NCBI GenBank assembly: GCA_051305935.1
Contig: JBPPMG010000486.1
Location: forward strand, 1-54,599
Reading direction: 5' to 3'
From: Thermoanaerobaculia bacterium
Lineage (GTDB): Bacteria; Acidobacteriota; Thermoanaerobaculia; Gp7-AA8
DNA: 54,599 nt
Part shown: positions 44,520 through 52,933 of the stretch, piece after piece
Position numbering within the stretch: the first letter of the stretch is position 1
How the letters are laid out: every line of letters starts with the position of its first letter
Notes under the pieces: model-generated
Database searches by the model: none
What the model was told of the DNA's origin: nothing
The model's input: only the letters and a program-made list of their open reading frames with translations
Translations under genes and position numbers: made by a program

Positions 44520-46856
44520 ATGGCAAGGAAGCCCAGATCATCCAAAGGCCGCGACTCCGATCAGCTCAAGCTGCGCGCCTCCTCGCACGCCGAGACCGAG
44601 CGGATCGAAGTCGCGACGTTCGCCGAGAAGGCATACCTCGACTATTCGATGTATGTCGTGCTCGACCGCGCGCTGCCTAACGTCGCCGACGGGCTGAAGC
44701 CGGTCCAGCGCAGGATCATCTACGCGATGTCGGAGCTCGGCCTCTCGGCCTCCTCGAAGCACAAGAAGTCGGCCCGCACGGTCGGCGACGTGCTCGGCAA
44801 GTATCATCCGCACGGCGACTCCGCCTGCTACGAGGCGATGGTCCTCATGGCGCAGCCCTTCTCGATGCGCTACCCGCTCATCGACGGGCAGGGAAACTGG
44901 GGCTCGGCCGACGATCCAAAATCGTTCGCCGCGATGCGCTACACCGAAGCGCGCCTGACTCGTTTTGCCGACACGCTCCTCTCCGAGCTCGACCAGGGCA
45001 CCGTGGCGTGGGGCCCTAACTTCGACGGCACGATGGAGGAGCCGAAGCTCCTTCCGTCGCGGCTCCCGCACGTCCTCCTCAACGGCGCGTCGGGTATCGC
45101 GGTCGGCATGGCGACCGACATCCCGTCGCACAACCTGCACGAGGTCGTGAGCGCCTGCATCGCGATCCTCGACGACCCGCACGTTTCGTTCGAGAAGATC
45201 TGCGAGCTGATTCCCGGGCCCGACCTGCCGACCGAAGCGGAGATCATCACTCCTGCCGAGGAGTTGCGGACGATCTACCACAGTGGCAACGGAACGTTCC
45301 GAATGCGCGCGAAATGGGAACGCGAGGATGGCGACGTCGTCATCACGGCGCTTCCGTACCAGGTGTCGGGGAGCAAGGTGCTACAGCAGATCGCAGCGCA
45401 GATGCAGGCGAAGAAACTGCCGATGGTCGACGACCTGCGCGACGAGTCGGACCACGAGAATCCGACGCGCCTCGTCGTCGTGCCGCGCTCGAATCGCGTC
45501 GACCTCGAAGAGTTGATGGCGCATCTGTTTGCGACCACCGACCTCGAGCGTTCGTACCGCGTGAACCTGACGATGATCGGCATGGACGGACGGCCGCGCG
45601 TCTTCGGGCTGCGCGACCTGCTCGAGGAGTGGCTCGACTTCCGCACTGAGACGGTCAGAAAGAAACTGCAGCACCGATTCGACGAGGTACTCAGGCGGCT
45701 CCACATCCTCGACGGCTACCTCGTCGCCTATCTCAACGTCGACGAAGTGATTCGCATCATTCGTTTCGAAGACGATCCGAAGTCGGCGCTCATGGAGCGC
45801 TTCGACCTCACGGACCTTCAGACCGACGCGATCCTCGACCTGAAGCTCAAGTACCTGAACAAGCTCGAGGAGATCGAGATCAACCGCGAGCAGAAAGAGC
45901 TCGCCGCCGAACGCGACCGCCTCGCGAAGATCCTCGAGTCGAAGGCGCGGCTGCGCAAGGAAGTGCGCCGCGAGCTGATCGAGGACGCCGAAGCGTTCGG
46001 CGACCCGCGGCGCTCGCCGATCGTCGTGCGCGCTGCGGCGAAGGCGATCGACGAGACGGCGCTCGTCCCGTCGGAACCGGTCACCGTCGTCCTCAGCGAG
46101 AAGGGCTGGGTGCGAGCGGCGAAGGGCCATGACATCGACCCGACGGCGCTGCAGTACCGCTCAGGCGACGGCTACTTCCACGCGGCCCGCGGGAAGTCGA
46201 ACCAGTCGGCGGTCTTCCTCGACACGACGGGGCGGTCCTACTCGGTCGCCGCGCATTCACTTCCTTCCGCGAAGGGCCACGGCGAGCCCCTCTCGTCGAG
46301 CACGTCGCCGCCTCCGGGCGCATCGTTCGTCGGCGTCGCGATGGGCGAGGCGGAGGATCTCTACCTTCTCGCGACCGACAACGGCTACGGCTTCGTCGCG
46401 AAGCTCGACGATCTGCAGACGAAAATCCGCGCCGGCAAGTCGGCGGTGAACGTCGGCAAGGGAGCTCGCGCTCTGACGCCCCAGCGACTGACGAACCACG
46501 AAACCGACCGTGTCGCCGCCGTGACGAACGAAGGGAAGCTCCTCCTCTTCCTGGCGAGCGAGCTGCCCCTGCTCCCGCGTGGCAAGGGGGTGCAGACGAT
46601 CCGGATCCACAAGGCGAAAGGGCTGCTTCCCGGCGAGCACGTTGTCGGCGTCGCGGTCATTCCCGAAGGCGGCGCGCTCACAGTGTTCGCGGGCAAGCGG
46701 TTCACGACGATCAAGGGCGAGGACCTGGAGGTATACGCCGGCAAGCGCGCGCAGCGCGGTCTCAAGCTCCCGCGCGGCTTCCAGAATGTGAACGCGATCG
46801 CGCCGAGCGGAGCGTTCCCGCCTCCGCCGGTCGCGGGCGCCGACTCGACGAACTGA
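44520..46856 (+). CDS. parC: DNA topoisomerase IV subunit A
   Basis: [35 protein letters not shown] and [12 protein letters not shown]; no GyrA-box. Start placed at ATG 44520. Confidence 0.95.
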   Translation: MARKPRSSKGRDSDQLKLRASSHAETERIEVATFAEKAYLDYSMYVVLDRALPNVADGLKPVQRRIIYAMSELGLSASSKHKKSARTVGDVLGKYHPHGDSACYEAMVLMAQPFSMRYPLIDGQGNWGSADDPKSFAAMRYTEARLTRFADTLLSELDQGTVAWGPNFDGTMEEPKLLPSRLPHVLLNGASGIAVGMATDIPSHNLHEVVSACIAILDDPHVSFEKICELIPGPDLPTEAEIITPAEELRTIYHSGNGTFRMRAKWEREDGDVVITALPYQVSGSKVLQQIAAQMQAKKLPMVDDLRDESDHENPTRLVVVPRSNRVDLEELMAHLFATTDLERSYRVNLTMIGMDGRPRVFGLRDLLEEWLDFRTETVRKKLQHRFDEVLRRLHILDGYLVAYLNVDEVIRIIRFEDDPKSALMERFDLTDLQTDAILDLKLKYLNKLEEIEINREQKELAAERDRLAKILESKARLRKEVRRELIEDAEAFGDPRRSPIVVRAAAKAIDETALVPSEPVTVVLSEKGWVRAAKGHDIDPTALQYRSGDGYFHAARGKSNQSAVFLDTTGRSYSVAAHSLPSAKGHGEPLSSSTSPPPGASFVGVAMGEAEDLYLLATDNGYGFVAKLDDLQTKIRAGKSAVNVGKGARALTPQRLTNHETDRVAAVTNEGKLLLFLASELPLLPRGKGVQTIRIHKAKGLLPGEHVVGVAVIPEGGALTVFAGKRFTTIKGEDLEVYAGKRAQRGLKLPRGFQNVNAIAPSGAFPPPPVAGADSTN

Positions 46857-46877
46857 GCGGCCTGTCGATGTGATGTC

Positions 46878-46987
46878 GATGTGGCGCAGGCACTCCTGCC
46901 TGCGCGCCGGAGGCGGACGAGGATTTGGCACACTTGCTGGTCTGCGGCACGTCGCGCCGCACGGAGACGAGAATGTTCGCGCCGCAC
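46878..46987. repeat. REPIN-like element, copy 3 (right arm decayed)
   Basis: The left arm is identical to copies 1 and 2. The right arm GCGGCACGTCGCGCCGC-ACGGAGACGAGAATGTTCGCGCC aligns to the consensus, differing mostly by transitions. Confidence 0.75.
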
Positions 46988-47015
46988 GAATCTCGTCTAC
47001 CCTGAAGCAATCCCG

Positions 47016-47789
47016 ATGAACCGCGACGACATCGTGGCTTACCTTGCGAGGCTCGGCTGGTCGATACCGACCGCGCCCGATCTCGCCACCCTCGCGGCGC
47101 TTCACGAAGCGCACCTCCTCGTGGTGCCGTTCGAGAACCTGGACATCCACGCGGGGCGCGAGATCGTGCTCGAACCCGATCGCCTTCACGACAAGCTCGT
47201 CGTGAGGAAGCGCGGAGGGTTTTGTTACGAGCTGAACGGTCACTTCGCATCGCTGCTCGCGGGGCTCGGATTCGATCTCGACATGCTCTCGGCGCGCGTC
47301 GCGAATGACGAAGGCGTTCTGGGACCGGCGTTCGACCACATGGCGCTGCTGGTGCGGGCCGGAGGGAATCGATGGCTCGCCGACGTCGGATTCGGCGATT
47401 CGTTCCGCCGCCCCCTCGATCTCGACGATCCGTCGCCGCAATCGGGCGGAGATCCGCTCGGGCGCGCGTGGAGCGTGCGAGACGACGGACACGAGCTTGC
47501 GCTCATGCAGCACGAAGCTGACGGCTCGGCGCGCGTCGCGTACACGTTCACGCTGACCCCGCGCTCCGTCGCCGACTACGCGCCGATGTGCGTCTGGCAG
47601 CAGACCTCGCCCGACTCAGGATTCACTCGCCGTAGAATCTGCAGCCGCGCGACGCCCGAAGGGCGCGTGAGTCTCGCGAACGACCGCCTCATCATGACGA
47701 CGCGGGAAGGCCGGACGGAACGGCTGGTCGCCGAGCACGAACGCGTCGCGGTCCTGATGCGCGAGTTCGGCGTCGCGCTGAGAGTTTGA
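47016..47789 (+). CDS. Arylamine N-acetyltransferase
   Basis: VPFENLD, RGGFCYELN (Cys), DHMALLV (His) and WLADVGFG (Asp) catalytic triad. Start placed at ATG 47016. Confidence 0.95.
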   Translation: MNRDDIVAYLARLGWSIPTAPDLATLAALHEAHLLVVPFENLDIHAGREIVLEPDRLHDKLVVRKRGGFCYELNGHFASLLAGLGFDLDMLSARVANDEGVLGPAFDHMALLVRAGGNRWLADVGFGDSFRRPLDLDDPSPQSGGDPLGRAWSVRDDGHELALMQHEADGSARVAYTFTLTPRSVADYAPMCVWQQTSPDSGFTRRRICSRATPEGRVSLANDRLIMTTREGRTERLVAEHERVAVLMREFGVALRV

Positions 47790-47826
47790 CTCGCGCCGGA
47801 CGGGCAGCCGGGCGCCGCCCGCGCAG

Positions 47827-48313
47827 CTTGTCGCCCTGAGCGAAGCGAAGGGCCTCTCAGGCTTATACCATCGCGCCACGGGCCGAAGCTTGAGACCAAC
47901 CGAGGTATCCTCGAGAAATGGCGAGCGACCGGTGCTACTTCGTCTACATCCTGATGAACGAAGGTGGCACCACGCTATACATCGGTGTCACGAGCAACCT
48001 GCTTCGCAGGGTCGATGAGCACCGTTCGCGTGGAGGCAGCGAGTTCACGCGAGAGTACCGAGTCACCAGGCTCGTGTACTACGAGGAGTTCGGAGATGTG
48101 CGCGAGGCGTTGCTCAGAGAGAAGCAGCTGAAGGGATGGAAGCGTGTGAGGAAGGAAGAGCTGATTCGCGCGGTGAATCCGCATCTGGTCGATCTTGTCG
48201 ACGAGGCCGCACGACGCATGGCGGATGTGCGCTGAGACTGGGGACCCGGGCTGGTTGCCCGTGGCGCGACGGTAGAAGCGTGAGAGGCCCTGCGCTGCGC
48301 TCAGGGCGACAAG
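47827..48313. mobile_element. Candidate element: GIY-YIG gene bounded by 57-bp terminal inverted repeats
   Basis: 47827-47883 and 48257-48313 are reverse complements at 52 of 57 positions. No obvious target duplication. Confidence 0.55.
47918..48235 (+). CDS. Stand-alone GIY-YIG nuclease (UPF0213-like)
   Basis: YFVYIL...LYIGVT.NL.RR..EH, LVYYE.F and REKQLKGWKR..K..LI...NP. Confidence 0.92.
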   Translation: MASDRCYFVYILMNEGGTTLYIGVTSNLLRRVDEHRSRGGSEFTREYRVTRLVYYEEFGDVREALLREKQLKGWKRVRKEELIRAVNPHLVDLVDEAARRMADVR

Positions 48314-48349
48314 ACGTGCGTTTCGCGGACCTCGGGAGGCTCCCCGGTG

Positions 48350-49408
48350 CTACGGAGAAATCCTCTCGACCGTCACGTCCTCATTCGATTCTCCACTTCT
48401 CACCGACGCCAGCATCCCGCAGGCCGCATGCTTCGCGACGCCGCCGGAGTAGCGACGGACGACCGGCGAGCCTAACGCCTGCAGCGCGTCGCGGAATGCC
48501 TCGCGCTCCGCGTCGGTCGCGCGGCGAAAGCCATCGGGGCGCGCGTCGTTCACGTCGATGAGGTTGAAGCGGAGCGGCACGCCGTCGAAGAGGCGCGCCA
48601 GCGCTTCCACCTCGTCCGGGCCGTGGTTCACCCCGCCGAGGAGAACCCACGCGACGGTGACGCGTCCGCCGACAGCGTGCTGGTAGGCACGCACGGCAGC
48701 GGCGACCTCATCGACGCTCCAAGCGCCGCCGGTCGGGATGAGCGAGCGCCGCTTCTCCTCGATCGCGGAAGTGAGCGAGACGATGAGCCGCCACGGGGGA
48801 GGGTCGCTGGCGAGCTTGAGAATCCCCGGAACGAGCCCGACCGTCGAGATCGTGATCGCACTGCCCGAGATCGCGCCGCCGCACGAATGCGAGAGAATCC
48901 GCGCGGCCTTCGTCACGGCGTCGAAGTTGTGAAGCGGCTCGCCCTGTCCCTGGAAGACCGCGCCGCTAACGCGACCCGGCGCCTCGTCGCGCACCGCGAC
49001 GAGCTGCGCGACGATCTCCCAGGCTTCGAGATGCCGCGCGAGCCCGAGCCGTCCCGTCGCGCAGAAGAGGCAACCCATCGCGCATCCCGCCTGGCTCGAG
49101 AGACAAACGCTGAAGCGGTCCTTCTTCTCGAGCGGGATCCGCACTGCTTCGGCGAGCGCCCCGTCGTGAAGCCGAAAGAGGTACTTGACGAAGCCGTCGG
49201 AAGGGTCGGTCGCCCGCTCGAGGATCTCGGGCTTTCTGCGATCGACGAGAGCCCCGATCGCCTCCTCGACGCGCTTCGGCACGGGGCGCGCTTCGGGGAA
49301 ACCGTCGCGCCCGCGCGTGATCGCGTGCGCGAGAATGCGCCGCGCCTCGTCGTCGCGTACTTCGATTCCCTGCCCGCGCAGAAACGACGAGAGGTCGGAG
49401 GGCAGCAT
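48350..49408 (-). CDS. RlmN/Cfr-family radical SAM enzyme, divergent
   Basis: DG..KYLF.L.DG...E.V, CLSSQAGCAMGCLFCATG (CxxxCxxC), TISTVG and AACG.L. Start placed at ATG 49408. Confidence 0.88.
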   Translation of the reverse strand: MLPSDLSSFLRGQGIEVRDDEARRILAHAITRGRDGFPEARPVPKRVEEAIGALVDRRKPEILERATDPSDGFVKYLFRLHDGALAEAVRIPLEKKDRFSVCLSSQAGCAMGCLFCATGRLGLARHLEAWEIVAQLVAVRDEAPGRVSGAVFQGQGEPLHNFDAVTKAARILSHSCGGAISGSAITISTVGLVPGILKLASDPPPWRLIVSLTSAIEEKRRSLIPTGGAWSVDEVAAAVRAYQHAVGGRVTVAWVLLGGVNHGPDEVEALARLFDGVPLRFNLIDVNDARPDGFRRATDAEREAFRDALQALGSPVVRRYSGGVAKHAACGMLASVRSGESNEDVTVERISP

Positions 49409-49511
49409 GCCGAGGAGATGGGGACGGGCGGTCACGGCGAAGGGAAGCGCGGGGGCGGGGCGCGTAATTCCGCGAGCGGTTCTCCGAAAAGGTACTCGCC
49501 AGCGGACACTG

Positions 49512-49615
49512 ATTCTCCATTCCCCATTCTCCATTCGACATTTCGGTTGCCGTAGTTGCACAGAAAACCGAAATGAAGAATGTCGAACGACGAATGGAGA
49601 ATGAAGAAGTGAGAA
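49512..49615. repeat. Inverted pair of degenerate (ATTCTCC)n / (GAATGRA)n heptamer arrays
   Basis: 4 left units and 6 right units around an inner stem CATTTCGGTT/AACCGAAATG. Confidence 0.75.
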
Positions 49616-49678
49616 CCGGCAGATATCCGGCTTCTCTGACCTCCCCGTCCCTCCCGGCGTACAATCGCCTCACCTCGA

Positions 49679-52276
49679 ATGGTGAAGTCAGGGGAACGCG
49701 TCGGAGCGTACGAGATTATCGCTCCGCTCGGAGCGGGTGGCATGGGTGTGCTCTTTCGCGCCCGCGACCCCCGTCTGAACCGCGAAGTCGCAATCAAGTT
49801 CCTCGCCGACAAGCACTCCGCCAGCGACGAGCGCCTCCAGCGGTTCGATCGCGAGGCGCGTGCCGCCTCGGCGCTCAACCACCCTCACATCATCACCGTG
49901 TACGAGATCGGCGAGCACGACGGCCGGCCATTCATCGCGATGGAGCTCGTCGACGGGAAGAGCCTTCGACAGTTGCTGACCGAGGGGACGCTGTCGATGC
50001 GCAAGCTGTTGACGATCGCGGGGCAGATCGCCGACGGGCTCGCCGCGGCGCACGACAAAGGGATCGTCCATCGCGACCTCAAGCCCGAGAACGTGATGAT
50101 CACGAAAACCGGCTACGTGAAGCTCCTCGACTTCGGGCTCGCGAAGCTCGAGCCGGATACCGTGGGTCCCGACGACGACACCGCGAAGCACGAGCTGATC
50201 ACGACGCCGGGGCTCGTGATGGGCACGGCCGCGTACATGTCGCCAGAGCAGGCGCGCGGGCACACAATCGACTACCGCTCGGACCAGTTTTCGTTCGGCG
50301 CGGTGCTCTTCGAGATGATGACCGGAAAGAGGCCGTTCGCCGGCTCGACGCCGATCGATCTGATCGGGTCGATCGTCTACCAGGAACCGGAGAAAGTGTC
50401 GACCCTCAACCCGCGTGTTCCGAACTCCGTCGAGTGGATCGTCGATCGGTGTCTGCGGAAGGACCGGGACGACCGCTACGAGTCGACGGCGGACCTTGCG
50501 CGCGAGATCGAGCTCGCGCGCGACCGTATGAGCGACGCGACGCCGTCGGCGCCGGTCGCGCCGCTCGCAAAGGCCGGGTCGGCGACCAGGCTCGTGGTCG
50601 CAGGAGTGATCGTCGTGCTTGTCCTGGCGGCGCTGATCGGAGTCTGGCTCGCGGCGCGGCACGACGTGAGCGCTCCACGCGCCGGGGGAGGCGCGAGCGA
50701 CGAGACGATCTACCTGGCGGTCCAGCCGTTCCGCGACGTCTCGCCGGAGTCGCTGAGCCCCTATCTCGGCGAAGGATTCGCGCAGACGATCAGCGCGCGA
50801 CTCGGAGGGTCGGGGAACGTTCGCGTGATGGAAGGCCCCGTGTCGGAGCCGGGGCGGCCTGGGGCCGACGATGCCCGCGCGATCTGTCGCGAGCTGGGCG
50901 CGAACCGCCTTCTCCGCGGCTCGCTTCAGCGTTCAGGCGAGACGTTGCGAGTGACCTACACGATCACCGACGCGAGCGGGCTCCAGGTTGCCGGGGATTC
51001 GGTCGAAGGGGCGTACGCCGACCTGTTCGCGATCCAGGACCGGCTTGCCGAGAAGTTGCTCGAGACGTTCGGTGGCGCGCCGCCCGCGTCAGGCAGCGCG
51101 GCGGGGCCGAAGACGTTTCAGCAGGATCGCTATCTCGAGGCCGTGGGGCATCTCGTCCGTGACGAGAATCCGGCTTCGGTCGACGAAGCGATCGAGATTC
51201 TCTCCGGGCTCGGCGACTCGCCCGCCGTCCTCGCGACGCTCGCGCGCGCGTACCTCGCGAAACGAATGATCGGCGACGATCCGAAGTACGGGGTGCTCGC
51301 CACGGAAACGTGCCAGCGCGCGCTCGCAACCGGCGAACGAAGCGCCGAGATCTACACGACGCTCGGAGAAGTGAACGCCCTCGTCGGGAAAGGGCAGGAA
51401 GCCGTGGAGGCGTTTCGCGCGGCGTTGTCGCTGCAGCCCGATCGAGACGACGCCATGATCGGACTCGCGAGCGCCCTGGCCGACGGTGGGAACGACCAGG
51501 AAGCGGCACGAATCTACAGGCAGGCGATCGCGTTGCGGCCTAACCTATGGGTCGGGCACAACCACCTCGGCGTCTTCCATCTCGTTCGAGGTCGCTACGA
51601 GGAAGCGCTGGGCGCCTTCAACGCGGCGATCGCGCTCACGCCCGACAACATTCGCGTCCTGAACAACCTCGGGGCCACGTACCAGCAGATGGGGAGGCAC
51701 GAGGAGGCCCTGCGGATCTACGCCCGTTCGCTCGCCGAGCGGCCGAACGCTGACGCCTACTCGAACCGCGGGACCTGCCTGTTTTTCATGGGACGCTACG
51801 ACGAGAGCGCGGATGCGTTCGAGAGGGCCACGGCGCTGAATCCCGATTCCTGGTTCATCTGGGTCAACCTCGGCGACGCCTATCGATGGAGCACGACGCG
51901 CACCGCGAAGGCGCGTGATGCGTATGCACGGGCAATCGCGCTCGGCGAGAGTGACCTCGCATTGCGGCCGCGCGACGGCAACGCGCTCGCGATGCTGGCC
52001 GCGAGCTACGCGAAATCCGGGGACAGAAGGCGCGCGATCACGCTTGCCTCGATGGCAATCGAGTTCGCCCCGGACGATGCGTACGCGCTCTACGCGGCCG
52101 GAGTCGCCTTCGAGGTGGCTGGCGCACGCGAGCGCGCAGTGTCCGCGATCGAGGCCGCCCTCGCACGCGGCTACAGCGTCGAGGAGCTCACGAGAGATCC
52201 CGAGCTCGAAAGCCTGAGAAACGACAAAGCGCTCGCCGAAAGACTCGGCGAGGAAACCAGAAAAGGGAGTGGATGA
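49679..52276 (+). CDS. Ser/Thr protein kinase with TM helix, TolB-N-like domain and TPR repeats
   Basis: LGAGGMG, VAIK, HRDLKPEN, DFGLAK and GTAAYMSPEQ; hydrophobic segment LVVAGVIVVLVLAALIGVWL; multiple TPRs. Confidence 0.95.
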   Translation: MVKSGERVGAYEIIAPLGAGGMGVLFRARDPRLNREVAIKFLADKHSASDERLQRFDREARAASALNHPHIITVYEIGEHDGRPFIAMELVDGKSLRQLLTEGTLSMRKLLTIAGQIADGLAAAHDKGIVHRDLKPENVMITKTGYVKLLDFGLAKLEPDTVGPDDDTAKHELITTPGLVMGTAAYMSPEQARGHTIDYRSDQFSFGAVLFEMMTGKRPFAGSTPIDLIGSIVYQEPEKVSTLNPRVPNSVEWIVDRCLRKDRDDRYESTADLAREIELARDRMSDATPSAPVAPLAKAGSATRLVVAGVIVVLVLAALIGVWLAARHDVSAPRAGGGASDETIYLAVQPFRDVSPESLSPYLGEGFAQTISARLGGSGNVRVMEGPVSEPGRPGADDARAICRELGANRLLRGSLQRSGETLRVTYTITDASGLQVAGDSVEGAYADLFAIQDRLAEKLLETFGGAPPASGSAAGPKTFQQDRYLEAVGHLVRDENPASVDEAIEILSGLGDSPAVLATLARAYLAKRMIGDDPKYGVLATETCQRALATGERSAEIYTTLGEVNALVGKGQEAVEAFRAALSLQPDRDDAMIGLASALADGGNDQEAARIYRQAIALRPNLWVGHNHLGVFHLVRGRYEEALGAFNAAIALTPDNIRVLNNLGATYQQMGRHEEALRIYARSLAERPNADAYSNRGTCLFFMGRYDESADAFERATALNPDSWFIWVNLGDAYRWSTTRTAKARDAYARAIALGESDLALRPRDGNALAMLAASYAKSGDRRRAITLASMAIEFAPDDAYALYAAGVAFEVAGARERAVSAIEAALARGYSVEELTRDPELESLRNDKALAERLGEETRKGSG

Positions 52277-52743
52277 TGAGGCAAGCACTGACTGTGGCAG
52301 TTGCACTCCTGGTGTTCGCGGGATGCGTGACGTCGAAACCGACAGAGGAGTCGCACGTGATGGAGACGACGATCGCGGGCCGGAACTGCGACACGCCCGT
52401 GACGGTCTACATCGATGCCACGACCGAGAAGTCGGTGAAGATTCCGGCCAGCATCGAGCTCTGCAAACAGGCGACCGACCTCGTCTGGTATGCGGAGGGA
52501 GCACGGGCATTCGCCGTTTCGTACAAGCCCGAGAAGTCGGATCCGAACGATCTCGCGGAGCTCGACGAGCGCGATGCGCCGTGTGGAGAAGTCTTCGACG
52601 CGAACAACCGCGTGATCGGAATCAGTTGCACGCTCAACAGGGTCAAGCACAGGAAGGCGGGGAGAATCAGCTACGGAATCAAAATCACCCCGAAGAGAGG
52701 GGAGCCCTTCAAGATCGATCCCCAGCTCATCATCAGGAGGTGA
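52273..52743 (+). CDS. Hypothetical lipoprotein
   Basis: Signal peptide with lipobox FAGC and four further Cys. ATGA overlap with the kinase stop; GGGAG SD. Confidence 0.75.
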   Translation: MMRQALTVAVALLVFAGCVTSKPTEESHVMETTIAGRNCDTPVTVYIDATTEKSVKIPASIELCKQATDLVWYAEGARAFAVSYKPEKSDPNDLAELDERDAPCGEVFDANNRVIGISCTLNRVKHRKAGRISYGIKITPKRGEPFKIDPQLIIRR

Positions 52744-52933
52744 GCGGCGGCTGCCGGTGCACGTCCATGAACACGAGCATCGGCAGCAGCTTCTGTTCCT
52801 TGGCGTCGTCGAAGCCGCAGCTGGAGACGAACTCGGCGGGGTTCTCCCACGTTCCGAAGAGCATGTCCCACCAGACGATGCCGCCGTAGTTGTTCCGATG
52901 GTGGCCGTATTCGTGGTGAATGCCGTTGGTCAA
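52733..52933 (-). pseudogene. C-terminal remnant of a sterol desaturase / fatty-acid hydroxylase family gene
   Basis: IHHEYGHHRNNYGGIVWWDMLFGTWENP...CGF...ML.F.DVH matches the family's last His box and the NY....WD.LFGT motif. The upstream part of the frame is not protein-like. Confidence 0.7.
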
